Positions 39,406 through 52,460 of a DNA stretch of 64,000 nt are shown here, piece by piece; position 1 is the stretch's first letter, and the number at the start of each line of letters is the position of its first letter. Origin of the DNA: Squalus acanthias (lineage: Eukaryota); contig CM059425.1 of NCBI GenBank assembly GCA_030390025.1, positions 171,308,001-171,372,000 of the forward strand, read 5' to 3'. The notes below the pieces were generated by a model. It was not told the origin of the DNA. It saw nothing but the letters and a program-made list of their open reading frames with translations, and searched no databases. The position numbers and the translations under genes are program-made.

Positions 39406-40284
39406 GATCGTTTTAAAAAAGCCAGTTTTTATTTGGTTGGGGCAGAGAATTTAGATAATGCATTAGTATTAGATTGCTTTTAACTTCTCTTTATAGCAGT
39501 TTCATTTCCCCTTATAATAGTTTTAAGATCAACAACTGATGGAAAAATGGTAGATCGCTGTTTTTAAGAAAAACAATGGAATTGGCACGAGGGAGACGAG
39601 TACATGAGGCTTCTTTTCTTTTGCTCTATCGTTCAGCAAGACTGGGTTTTGTCTGCCCAGAGACAAAGTGCTTTCAGGGGCATTGGAGATATTAGGCACT
39701 TCAAGTTATTTATGTTCATTGCTGATGGCACACGAGAAATGATTCCAGTAGCGATGATACCTCACAAGTGGGAACAGATTTCATACTCCATACGCAATAC
39801 AGCATTAAAAGAGTATATTTTATTGGCCTCAATTGTATTGAATCATCGTTAACATTCTTTATATTTTCAGTAATTCTTCCTTTGTATTGTCTGTTCTTTT
39901 GTTGTTATCTTCTCCTGCTTTGTTATTTATTCCCCATATTCTCTTTCTCCTTTATTCATCTTTGAATTACTTCATCTTTTTAAATGCTTTTTTGACAGGC
40001 TTTTTTCTAATTTTCTCTGGGTTTATTCTATTCACTGTTCATTTTTCCAGATTAATTCATTATCTCTCTTTCCTTTCACATCTCTCTCATCCCTGAGCAT
40101 GTGTGTGTGTCTCCCTAACTGGTGACTGGGAAAGGTAACCGAAACAAGCAGGACTCAGGACTAATGCACAGAAAGAAAAAGATAGACTACACTTCATTAG
40201 ATCCCACCTGAAAAAATAACTTATATTTTTCTTTCAGAGCTGAAAGACTTTGCTGTACAATTTTACCTCTGATTTACCTCTGTA

Positions 40285-43035
40285 GATGAAAGCATAAAAT
40301 TACAAAGGGATATTGATAGATTAAGTGAATGGGTAAAACTGTGGCTAATGGATTTCAATGTAGGCAAATGTGAGGTCATCCACTTTGGACCTAAAAAGGA
40401 TAGAACAGGGTACTTTCTAAATGGTGAAAAGCTAAAAACAGGGGAGGTCCAAAGAGACTTGGGGGTCCAGGTACATAGATCGTTAAAATGTCATGAACAG
40501 GTACAGAGAATAATCAAAAAGACTAATGGAATGCTGGCCTTTATATCTATAGGACTAGAATACAAGGGGGTAGAAGTTATGCTGCAGCTATACAAAGCCC
40601 TGGTTAGACCACACCTGGAGTACTGTGAGCAGTTCTGGGCACCACACCTTGGGAAGGATATATTGGCCTTGGAGGGAGTGCAGTGTAGGTTTACCAGAAT
40701 GATACCCGGACTTCAAGGGTTAAGTTACGAGGAGCGATTACACAAATTAGGGTTGTATTCCCTAGAATTTAGACGGTTAAGGGGTGATTTGATCAAAGTT
40801 TTCAAGATATTAAGGGGAACAGATATGGTAGATAGAGAGAAACTATTTCCGCTGGTTGGGGATTCTAGCACAGGGGGCATAGTCTAAAAATTAGAGCCAG
40901 ACCTTTCAGGAGTGAAATTAGGAAATGCTTCTACACAAAAAGGGTGGTAGAAGTTTGGAACTCTCTTCCGCAAATGGCAATTGATGCTAGATCAATTGTT
41001 AATCTTAAATTGGAGATTGATAGAATTTTGTTAACCAAAGGTATTAAGGGATATGGGCCAAAGGCGGGTATATGGAGTTAGGTCACAGATCCAGCCATGA
41101 TCTCAGTGAGTCATAGAGTCATAACGGCACAGAAGGAGACCATTCGGCCCATCAAGTCCATGCCGGCTCTCTATAGAGCAATCCAGTCAGTCCCATTCCC
41201 CGGCTCCATCCCCGTAGCCCTGCAAGTTTATTTTCCTCAAGTGCCTATCCAGTCTCCCCTTGAAAACATTGAGTGTCTCCGCTTCCACCACTTCCGTAGG
41301 CAGCGAATTCCAGGTCCTCACCACTCGCTGTGCAAAAAAGTTTTTCCTCACATCCCCCTGTATCTCTTGCCCAAAATCTGAAATCTGTGTCCCCTAGTCC
41401 TTGTACCATCAACTAGTGGGAACAGCCTTTCCCCGTCTAGCCTATCCAAACCTGTCATAATCTTGTACATCTCTATCAAATCACCCCTCAACCTCCTTTG
41501 CTCTAATGAAAACAAATCCAGCTTCTCCAACCTGTCCTTGTAGCTAAGATCCCCCATCCCCGGAACCATTCTGGTAAATCTCCTCTGCACCCTCTCAAGG
41601 GCCTTCACATCCTTCCTAAAGTGTGGTGACTAGAACTGGACGCAATACTCCAGTTGTGGCCTAACCAGCGCTTTATAAAGGTTCAGCATAACATCTCTAC
41701 TTTTGTACTCAATACCTCTATTTATGAAGCCCAAGATCCCATATGCCTTGTTAACCACTCTCTCAATATGTCCTGCCACCTTCAGGGACCTATGCACATT
41801 AACTCCCAGATCCCTCTGTCCATGCACACTCTTCAAAACTGTGCCATTAAGTGTATATCGCCTCTCCCTGTTCCTTCTGCCAAAATGCATCACCTCACAC
41901 TTCTCTATTAAATTCCATCTGCCACTTGTCTACCCATTCTGCTAGCCTGTTGCAGTCGATTGATATCATCATCACTGTTTGCCACACCCCCAAGTTTGGT
42001 GTCATCGGCAAATTTAGAAATTCTACTCTGTATTCCAATATCCAGGTCATTTATATATATCAAAAAAAGCAGTGGCCCCAGCACTGACCCTTGGGGAACA
42101 CCACTGTCCAACATCCTCCAGTCTGAAAAACAGCCATTTACCACAACTTGCTGTTTTCTGTCCTTAAGCCAATTCCTTATCCAAGCTGCCACTGACCCAC
42201 CTATTCCATGAACCTCAATTTTGTTAACCAACCTTCTATGTGATACTTTGTCAAACGCCTTCCAAAAATCCATGTAGACAACATCCATTGCATTCCCTTC
42301 ATCAATCCTCTCTGTTACTTCATCAAAAAATACGATCAGCCTTTTACAAACCCGTGTTGGCTCTCCTTAATTAGCTTAAACCTCTCCAAATGCCCGTTAA
42401 TTTTTTCCTTGATTATTGTTTCTAAAACTTTACCTACCACTGATGTTAAACTGACCGGCCTGTAGTTACTAGGATTGTCCTTACACCCTTTCTTGAACAA
42501 TGGTGTCACATTTGCCACTTTCCAATCCTCAGGCACCTCCCCCGCATCGAGGGAAGATTGGAAAATTATGGCAAGCCCTTCCGCTATCTCCTCCCCCAAT
42601 TCCCTTAGCAACCTGGGATGCAAGCCATCTGGACCAGGCGACTTGTCCACTATAAGCATACCCAGCCTTTCTAGTACATCTTTCTAGTCTATCAATTTTC
42701 ACCCCTTCCATTGCTTCTACCTTTTCCACTTCGACTGATATTTTGTCAGCATCCACCTCCGTAGTAAACACCGATACAAAGTACTCATTGCGTATTCTAG
42801 CCTTGCCCTGCGCCTCTAAGCATACATCACCTTCTTTGTCTCTAATAGGCCCCACCCTGCCTCTTACTACCCGCTTACTGTTTACATGCCGGTAGAAGAG
42901 TTTTGGGTTCCATTTTATGTTAACCGCCATTCTACTCTCATATTCTCTCTTTGCCAATCTTATTTTCATCTTTACATCCCCTGGTAGAACAGGCTCGAAT
43001 GCCTAAATGGTCTACTCATGTTCCTACATTCCTAT
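40285..43035 (+). mobile_element. CR1-like 3' portion (same family as 19760-22105), split in its 3' UTR by an antisense CR1
   Basis: 179-aa ORF at 40348-40887. The UTR catgatctcagtga (to about 41108) resumes as tggtagaacaggctcga at about 42982; compare the intact version at 22037-22067. Confidence 0.88.
41109..42981 (-). mobile_element. CR1-like LINE, 5'-truncated, nested antisense
   Basis: [39 protein letters not shown] and KFADDTKL; close relative of 2745-4203. Confidence 0.92.
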
Positions 43036-43397
43036 TCAGTAGTAATTATGAAGGGGAAGACTAGGATCAAGCGCTAACAGAAATAAAAATGAATGGGATT
43101 AAAAAGGAGTGTGCTTTTCATTACTCTGCTGCAACTCTGCAGGTTGATAGTTTGTGTTCAGTAATTTTCTGTGATTTTTACTATTTTCTATTTACTATTT
43201 TCATTTGTCAACATTATTCTAAACTAAGATTTTCAATGGAAAGCCTTTGTACGAAGTATTGTTGATAACTGGTATGTACAGTGATTGGATCTATTTCTGA
43301 ACAATATTATTAGTATGCTTCAATTGCTCCAATTTGGATTCAAGTACAACAGCACAGGAATAGGGAAGATTTTGCCTCAATCGACTGCTATGCACCT

Positions 43398-43795
43398 GTC
43401 AGCTTTGACTCAGCAGTAGCCATTTCACCTGAGTTAGAAGGTGAGGAGCTCAAACCCACTCCTGTGACTTAATCCAGTCTAACATTTAAGTGCAGTGCTG
43501 AGGGACTTCTACACTGTCAGAGGTGCTGTCTCTTGAATGAGATGGTAAACCGAGGCCCTGTGCCTGACTGCCTGGGTGGACATAAAAAATCCCATGGCAC
43601 TATTCGAAGGCGGCCAGGGGTGTTCTCCCCAGTGTCTTGGCCAACATTTATTCACCAATTAACACCACTAGAACAGATTATATGGTCATTTATCTCATTG
43701 TTATTTGTGGGACCTTGCTGTGCGCAAATTGGCTGCCGGGTTTGGCTACATTACAACAGTGGTTACACTTTAAACGTACATCATTGGCTGTGAAC
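43398..43795 (+). mobile_element. DeuSINE-type copy, tail interrupted by L2
   Basis: Collinear with 1037-1430, with degenerate A and B boxes. Confidence 0.75.
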
Positions 43796-44966
43796 TGCTC
43801 TCCCCTGCTGCTTCTACTCTTATCTCCAACAGCAAGTGTGAGGAGCTCATGGACTCATTTGTCACTAAGATTGAGACCATCTGTTCAGCTGCCTCTGCCG
43901 CTTCCCTCCCTTCCCCAGCCCACCAAGCCAAACATCCCTTAAGGTTTCCCCCTGCCCTAGCATCTTTCTCTAGTTTCTCTCTTATCTCCTCTCATGCCCT
44001 CTCTGAGCTCATCTTGTCCATGAGACCCACCTCCTGCTCTCTCGACCCTATTCCCACCAAACTGCTCAGCACCCAACTTTCCTTCCTGGCCCCCATGTTA
44101 GCAGATAATGTTAATGGTTCCCGCTCGTCAGGTACTCTCCCTCTCCCCTTCAAATCTGCCGGCATCAATCCCCTCCTCAAAAAAAACCCCACTGACCCCT
44201 TTGTCCTTGCAAACTACCGCCCCCATCTCCAACCTCCCTCACCTCTCCAACCTCCCTCACCTCTCCAACCTCCCTCACCTCTCCAACCTCCCTCACCTCT
44301 CCAACCTCCCTCACCTCTCCAACCTCCCTCACCTCTCCAACCTCCCTCACCTCTCCAACCTCCCTCACCTCTCCAAAGTCCTTCAAATTGATATTGCATC
44401 TCAAATCTGTACTCATCTTTCCTGCAACTCCATGTTTGAACCCCTCCAACCAGGTTTCCATCCTGCCAGAGCACTGAAACGGTGTTTATCAAAGTCACAA
44501 ATGACAACCTATGTGACTGTGAGTGTGGTAAACAATCCCTCAGCTTTCTCAACCTGTCTGCAGCCTTTGACATGGTTGACCACAACATCCTCCTCAAACA
44601 CCTTTCCTCCATTGTCCAGCTGGGTGGGACTGTCCTCACCTTGTTCCACATTCTTATCTATCCCGTCATCGCCAGAGAATCACCTGCGATGGCTACTCTT
44701 CCCACTCCCGCACCATTACCTCTGGAGTCCCCCAAGGATCAATCCTTAGCCCCATCTTATTTCTCATCTACATGCTGCCCCTCGGCGACATCATCTGAAA
44801 CCACAATGCCAGGTTCCACATGTACGCTGACGACACCCAGCTCTACCTCACCACCACCTCTCTTGACCCCTCCACTGCCTCTGATTTCTCACACTGCTTG
44901 TCTGACATCCAGTAATGGATGAGCAGATATTTCCTCCAATTAAATATTGGGAAGACCAAAGCCATT
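43796..44966 (+). mobile_element. L2-like LINE ORF2 fragment
   Basis: TSCSLDPIPTKLL, LANYRP, LSAAFDMVDHNILL and MYADDTQLY; truncated by the MITE at 44967. Confidence 0.88.
44227..44376 (+). repeat. Perfect 18-bp minisatellite (ctccaacctccctcacct) x 8.3
   Basis: Read directly from the sequence; translates to (SNLPHL)8 in the L2 frame. Confidence 0.97.
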
Positions 44967-45634
44967 GGGCCAGAATTTGCGGTCGGTATGACGGCAAGTT
45001 CTGACTTGACAAATGATCCGCACCGACATTGAAATCCTAATTGCTGGCGCAGAGTTGGGATAATTGCCCAGTAACTGCCCAGCAATTATGCATGAAAATT
45101 TTACAGCTGGTGCAAACAGGTGCAGGGCCTGTTTGCACAGCATAAGGGGGTACCCATCAATAAAAAAAATCTTCATCTGCTGCTTTTTTTGCTTAAATAT
45201 ATATGAAAAGGAATGTAAATCCAGACTGGGTAGAGTGAGAGACCATTTGGGGAATTGACAGTTTTGTAAATTTAAAAAAAAATACATTTCCTTTACTCCC
45301 CTCACACTGTATCTTAAGGTGACCTTTCATGGTACAAAATGCAGAAAAACTTTTATCAACATTAGCTGCTATATTCTCCTTAGAAAATATCTTGGTATCT
45401 ATTGGGGGAGAATGAGACACCTTCTGTCTCCTGATTGGAGCACTGGCCAATGTGATCTCAGGTACGCTTATGCACACAGTGTGCTCCTAGGATCCGTGGG
45501 CCACGACACTGCACTCAACTCTCCAGCGTTTGACAGCATCTTTTCATTTGGGGCCTCACAACAGATAAGTGTGCATTTGGTTCAGATGCCGGCAGCGTAA
45601 CCTTAATTACGCCACCAACCGCAAAATTCGGGTC
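44967..45634. mobile_element. Harbinger-type MITE related to 17757-18494
   Basis: Termini gggccagaatttgcggt and accgcaaaattcgggtc; internal blocks shared with 17757-18494. Confidence 0.75.
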
Positions 45635-45639
45635 GGTAT

Positions 45640-47320
45640 CCCGCTGTAAACCCACTTCCTTGCCAGTTTCCCAAGTGTCGGGTCTGTCATCCCTGAACAG
45701 ACCCAACACCAAGCGGCGGGTCAGCCAATTTAGATAGTTAAAAGTTTATTAAAAGGTAGTTAAGAACCATTTTCCCCATGTACTTACCATTTTACCAGGT
45801 TTTCAACAAGGTTCGCGAAGAGCGGCTATCATGTCAGGTAAGTATATCGTGTTCTCAATGACTGTGGATTGTTGTGAATAGGTGACAGCTGCAAAAGTGG
45901 TATAAGCCTATCATTTCACAGCTGTTCACTTCCCAATCTTAGAAGCTGGAGCATTAATGATTTGGAACCCACTTTTGAGCTTTATGCACTTTTGAAGTGT
46001 TTGCAGTAATCTCTCTATCCACTGTCACCTCCTTGGAACAACCTATCTCAACATTGACAGATTACTTCCGTCATCTCAACCTCGCCTGCCATCTATTCCA
46101 TCAGCATCGGTGCCCTTGAAAAAATCTTACCTTGGTCCTCAGAATCCCAACAGGATCAGCCCCAACACCAACATCACCGGGCACACCAGCAGCATCAACA
46201 TCCACACCAACCTTCTCCGCAATCAACTGATGCTGCACTGGACACAGGGCATCATTACCCGTGCACATTGCTGCCCAGGACGCCAGCGATGGTCTCACAA
46301 AGTCCAGATTTACTTCACTTAACACTGTACACCCTGGCTACCACATGATGCATCATGTTGGCACCACCCCATACCAGCACCATAAAGCATCCCGACAATG
46401 TCCAAGCCATTCTTTCACACTCATCACCATTGGGGGGGGGACGTTATGTCTCACCATTCACTGGAACTCACTAACACACTTTCTAAGGTGCACACAGATC
46501 TGTCCAAGAAGGTAAAGTGGTGACAATATGGATTTCAATGCTTGACAACACATTAACAGAAAGTTTACACGAACACTGGCGAAAACACCCAAGTGCCTAC
46601 ACTTGTGTGTTGTTAGTTGGTATGATTGGTGAGTGAGTGTGAGGGGTGGCTAGTGAGATGGGGAAGTGAGTATAGATAGAGAGGGATGGGTGGAGGTGCA
46701 TGGCAAGTTGGTGTGAGTAAGGTTGTGCAGGAGTAGGATAGGGAAGGCAGAGTGATGGGGATGTGATGAGTGGCACAGCAGGATGAGGTTGAGTGTGGCT
46801 TTGCAGTAATGTTTCGTGATCTACTGTGATCATTGAAAGGTTTGCGCCACTGCAGCCTGGTCCTCCTGACGACATCCCTGCTTGTGTCCTCCTGTGCAAT
46901 GTGCAACCAAGCTGCGTTGGTCTCCTGGGGAGGTCTCTTCTGCCCATTGGAAGGGAAGAGAACCTCCCTATGTGCTGTGACTCCCTCCATAAGCATATGG
47001 AGGGAGTCCTGGGAGAGCCTGGGTGCAGCCGTGCACCTTTGTGCAGTGCTTGTCAGTGTTTGCAGCACCTCAATGCTGTAGAACACTGACAGCACAACTG
47101 TCAAAATCAATTTGGACATGGCCCCTTTAAGGAAACCGGCTGATGATGAGTCATCAGACCCGCTTCCTACTAATTGGCTGGGAACCTCGCAGCGCGGGCT
47201 TAACAAGCCCAATCAGGGTAAAATCACTTGGAGGAGGCGTGATGAAGACAGGTGCGGAGTTTGCGGCCGCTGTCTGCTCCGGCCGCAACGGACTCGCCAC
47301 GGCTGGCAAAATCACGGCCC
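45640..47320. mobile_element. Internally deleted PIF/Harbinger element retaining a Myb/SANT-like exon
   Basis: Right terminus ggcaaaatcacggccc. Subterminal blocks aaaaggtagttaa and gcgggcttaacaag..caatca match 4204-4932. A Myb-like remnant lies on the minus strand. The left TIR was not identified. Confidence 0.72.
46815..47050 (-). pseudogene. Myb/SANT-like (MSANTD/NAIF1-type trihelix) DNA-binding domain remnant
   Basis: AAPRLSQDSLHMLMEGVTAHREVLFPSNGQKRPPQETNAAWLHIAQEDTSRDVVRRTRLQWRKPFND fits the pattern R.P.FS..E...L...V......LF.....W..IA..V......RT..Q.RK...D of Harbinger Myb-like proteins. Confidence 0.8.
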
Positions 47321-47849
47321 ATGTGTCTGATTCACCTAATTTCCATGGTGGTCTAGTTGCTAGTTTTTTCTCTGAGCACCTATAGGGCAGAATATCTTAG
47401 GAAGTTGTCTCTTGCAAGCATCTGTTTCTCTTGGGAGCTAAGACTTTTTTTTATTCATTCACAGGAATGTTAATTTCTCTATATTTCATGATGTTCATTT
47501 CTCTCAGGATTTTAACATCTCCTCTCAACCTTCATATCTTTTCCCCAATGAACGTAGGTGCAATTCTGTGAGTTTTTCTTCGCAATGTAGTCCCTGAATC
47601 ATGTTGGTGACTCATCTCTAAACCTCGTTCAATGCCTGTCAGCATTTTCTCCACTGCTAATGTTAGGCTAATTGGTATGTAATTCCCAGGTGCATGTCGC
47701 ATTTCTTTTTTGAAAATTGGTACATTATTTTTCCACAATCAACAGATAAAGTTCCTGCGTCTATAGAACATCGAAGATATGAACCAGATTTCGCCTATTC
47801 TTGTCTTACTGTAGAATTAAAAAAAAAAATTAGAGCCACAGCTCCTGCC

Positions 47850-48170
47850 GATGAGGGTTAAGGCAGTGAGAAGCTGAGCCAGACAGAGCAGGAAGGTCGA
47901 GCCTCGGTCTCCGGTCTGTGCTGAGTTAGCCAATCTTAGAGGAGGCACCAGTAAGGACACTACAAATAGCCTCGGCTCCCCTGGGTTAGGGAGGGGGAAA
48001 TCAGCCAAGGTTCCAGTGCCTGATCACAATCCAGCATCGCCCTTGCTGAAAATTTGCATGTTAGCCTGTCAGGTAAGAGGAGGACAGGGCTTGTCTGTGA
48101 TGGCCCAATGATGGAATTACCTGCCCGACAATCATTGTCAAGGCTCACACATGAAACAGCCAAATGGGAC
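47850..48170 (+). mobile_element. Second SINE-like family copy
   Basis: ggtctgtgctgagttagccaatct...gggagggggaaatcagccaagg...cctgatcac...ggctcacacatgaa; related to 32770-33150. Confidence 0.55.
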
Positions 48171-48174
48171 GTTG

Positions 48175-49140
48175 TCAACAACAACAATTTGTATACACAT
48201 AGTAAGTTCACAGAAGCGCAATCAGACACAAGTGGACTAGGAAATAAAAAAGAGACATTAGTAGGGGGTGACCAAAAGTTTAGTCCAAGAAGTGGGTTTT
48301 AAGGAGGGTCTTAAAGGAAGCAGAGGGGCTTAGGGAGAAAATTCCAGAGTAGGGGGGGCCTAGGTGGCTGGAGGCACAACCATCAATGTGGCGCGAGGGG
48401 TGGAGGGATGCACAAGAAGCCAGAGTTGGAGGAAAGGAGATAGAAAAGGGCAAAGCCATAAAATGATTTAAACACAAGGTAGAGCATTTTCAATTGGAGT
48501 TGTCGGGGGATGGGAAGCCAATGTAGGTCAGCAAGGATAGAGTTAATGGGTGAGCAGGACTTGATGTGAGATAGGATACAGGCAGCAGAGTTCTGGATCA
48601 GCGGAATTTCATCGAGCCTGGAGGATGGGAGGCCGGACAGCAGAGCATTGGTTTAGTTGAGGCATGAGGTGACAAATACATGGATGAGGGTTTCAGCAGC
48701 AGATGGGCTGAAGCAGGGTGATGTTATGGAGATGGAAGTAGGTGCTATTTGTGATTGAGAGGATATGGGGTTGGAAACTAAGCTCAGTGTCAAATAGGAC
48801 AGTGAGACTAGAAACAATCTGGAACAATCAATGTGAAACAGTTGCCGTGGAGGGGGATGGAATCGGTGGCAAGAGCAGAGAGTTTGTTGTGGGGGACAAA
48901 AACAATGGCATCAGTCTTCCCAATGTTAATTGGAGAAACTGTGGTTCGTCCAAGACTGAATGTTGGACAAAAAGACTGACAGAACAATGGAAGGATCGAG
49001 ACCATGGTAGAGAGGTAGAGTTGGGTGTCGTCAGCATATATGTGGAAACTGACCCCATGTCTTCAGATGATGTTGGTAAGAGACAGCATGTAGGTGAGGA
49101 AGAGGAAGGAGCCAAGGATAGATCCTTGGGGGACTCGTGA
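48175..49140 (-). mobile_element. L2-like 3' region, degraded
   Basis: Reverse-complement motifs VPQGSILG, FHIYADDTQL, NIGKTDAI and SFKTLLKTHFLD, with a caacaac tail. Confidence 0.75.
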
Positions 49141-52100
49141 GCTCAAAGTGCGGGTGGAGGAAGATAAGCCATTGTTGGAGCTACTAATCCAGTTGTGCGG
49201 CAGATATGCTCAGGTCTGTACCCCTTGGACTTAAGGGAGGAAAGATGGGGACCAACCAAAGGTGAATAACCAGAATGTAAGAACCAAAAAAAAGAAAGGG
49301 AGATAGAAGTAATTGGTGTGGCTCTGGAGCAGCAACCAAAATGCACATGCAAATAGACAAAAAGGGAATTCATATTGCATAGGCATCAGTGAACTAGTTT
49401 CTGTGGAACTATACCCCATCACATTCCATTGATCTTTTAACTCAACGGTGGGTATAGATCTCAATTAATGGGATTCGTGGTTGACCATCTGAACAAAAAC
49501 ATTTTGGTCACAGAGAAAAATAGAATCAAATCAATGCTAATGTTTGCAGGATTAAATTTACCATGTTCCTTAAGTTTAAAAAAAAATAAAATCTTTCAAC
49601 ACAAATATTTCAAATCTGTAATAATTTCTGCCAGACTGGGATAGAATTCCTGCTGTCTAATTTAACATCGATTGGAAGTACTGAAAACTCCAGACAATGG
49701 CTGCTGGTAAAAATCACTGAGTGAAGCACTAGCTCTCGCTGGCATGTTCTTTAAATTTATTGCTTCTCTCGCTCCAATTTTCTCCTTTGTTCAAGACGGT
49801 GGCTGACGCTGGATCCCACGGGTGCGAGCTGCCCTCCAGCACCTCCCTAGTGGCAGGTGTGAAAGTGGACAGTGCATTTTAAAGCACTGTTCAACTGTGG
49901 GGGGCCATCCTATCGTATCCGATGCAGTCTACACCCAACATCAACAACTTGCATTTATATAGCGCCTGTCACCCCACCAGCTCTCTCAGGGGTCACTGAA
50001 TAGCAACCAGGAGCTGGCACCAGGGCTGAATTCCCTGCCTTAAAGGAGGAAAGATGGGGACCAGGCTGGGGACAGCGACACCAACTGTGATGCCACCCGT
50101 CTTGGCCGAAGTCAACTAATTTAGCACAGACTGGGGATTGAATCTGGGGCCTTTCTGATCTACACAGGTCAGCATTGCACCACATGGTGCATTTTCTCAC
50201 TAAACCATGGAGGAGATGTGCATGCTTTCAATTATAAAAAATACATTGCAAAAACCTTGTCCTGCTTTCCTGGAACAACATATAAACAGCAAAAAAAAAT
50301 GTTATGATGTCTTACAGAAGGAATAAAACTCCAGTTTTATTAAATCAATCCCACTTGTATGATTCCATGCACTGACTGAACATCTATTTATCTATTTAAT
50401 GAGCATCAACTCTATCACAGTTGGTGATTAATGACAGTCTTTAGATGAAGGTTTTTGTTGTGGGCAACATTAGATCCAGTAGTGGGTGGCAGCATTACGA
50501 GGCAGCTTTTGATGTATTGATTTTGTTTTTGCTGTTAAGAAATCAGACTTCCTTTAGCAGTCATGAGCTGCACACAGCCACATATGACACAGAGCTGCTG
50601 GCAGTCTTGTACTGAAAGACACCAATGAGCAAGTCCCCACCCCCTTTCTACTTCCGGACCCCCCACCCCGCCATCTGCATTCTCTCTCCAGCTTATATAC
50701 AGAGCTCAATGTAGACTAAAAGGATCGCAACTAGAATTAAATAATCCAGAACACAATTCAAGGATATTTCTTAGAAAGGGGGTAGAGAAATTGGGGGATG
50801 GTACAGAACAACAAATTTAATTGAAATCATGGTTACATTAAGGAGCAAGTGGCACCAATAAGACCCTTTCTAAGAAATAGACGGCTGTAGAGAATTCTTA
50901 TTAATTTTAACATCCTTTTGTTTACTTCTGTTGATTTAAAAAAGTTACTACTTTTTACATAAACAGTGAGTATAACATCATCAGGGCTGGGAGGAGTTAC
51001 TGAGCCTGTTGTGAGTCAAGCAGCTCAACTAGTGTTAGCAGTGAGATGAGACATTAATTTGGATATAGTTCAGTTTTAACTCCACCTGTTATATCAGATC
51101 CCTCACACTACAGTTCTGCTATCAATAGGGTTTAATTTCTGAGGGGATTTTTCCAATCATCCACCGTAACTTCAGCGGAAGGTCTGTGGAAATCCTGGAG
51201 AAACGGCATAAATGGTGGACGATCAGGAGAACCCCTGTGGAAATTCAACACTAATAGTATTCACTATTTAGACAAACAATTTTTTAAATCATTAAATGAA
51301 CGATTGATGAATTAGACTTTTTATTTTGCAGTGGTTTTCTTTTTCAAAAGAGGTACTGATGACGACACCCATTCTTTGATAGTGACACAAGGCTCACAAT
51401 TCATTTCAAATTGGAAAGGGACTGATGAACTGTAAGGTCAGAGTCAGGCTGCTGGTACGGGGGACTCTAAAATTATTCTATCAATAACATTTAGAGACTG
51501 GCTTGGCGGAGATAAACAATTACAAATATACTGGTTTAGAGTAGTACAAAAACATTAATTTTACAATTCTCAGGGAAGAACAATCTTCTGTTATAGCAGG
51601 GGATTGTGAGAATTCCCATGAAAATTACTGGTGTGAGTGTCAGTGGGTTATTTGATCATGGGGAAAAGTGGAGGAAGGGAGAAGTTTACAGCCAACTCAA
51701 AAACTTGTGCTGTCCAACAGCCACACACACACTTTCACATCATTCCATGCTGCATTCATTCTGCAGTGGTGTGAATCGGATAAAAGAAAAAAATCTGTTC
51801 TGGGTTTTCTGAACGCTGTTTACAGAAACACAGAATGGAACAAAACAATTCACGGTAAAGATACAGAATTGCTAATGATTCTCTAAACAAAGAACTGAAT
51901 GGCTTTATCCACATGCTTTCAAAATTATGAAAACATTCCTTCATCTTTCCATAATTTGCATTTCTATACTGTTTCTCACATAGCGAACACCTCAGAGTGC
52001 TCTATGAAATATGGACACAGAGCAGGACAGAAAAAGTGAGGGGGAAATGGAGGGTGGGGGAAGGGAGACAAAAACACTGTCAAAAAGAAATACGTTAAGG

Positions 52101-52271
52101 AGAGTTTTGAAAGCAGGGAAGGAGGTGGCGAGGTGAAGGGATTTATAGAGAAAGTTTCAGAGAACAAGCACTAGTGGCTGAAAGAATGCCTGCCATTGAA
52201 GAAACAGAGAGAATGGGCAACAAGGAGTAATTCAATCCATAGAAACACTGGAAATGCACCGATCAGTTAAC

Positions 52272-52460
52272 ATGAGAGAGAGAGAGAGAGAGAAAGAAAA
52301 TGACAGAGGAGGATAGAAAGAATAAGCAAGAGACATAGCAGAGGTCGGAGACAGAAAGAGAAAAACAGAGAGACAGATAGTGGGGAGAGAGAGAGAGGGG
52401 AAGAGAGAGACAGAGCGTGAGATAAAGAGTGACAAATAGACAGAGAGAGAAACAGAGATA
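52272..52460 (+). repeat. (GA)n-rich low-complexity tract
   Basis: Read directly from the sequence. Confidence 0.85.

Noticed and set aside
44227..44376. CRISPR-like array or repeat-protein gene (LQPPSP)n / (GEVREV)n
   Set aside because: The units are contiguous with no spacers, the context is eukaryotic, and the unit derives from an L2 ORF2 motif.
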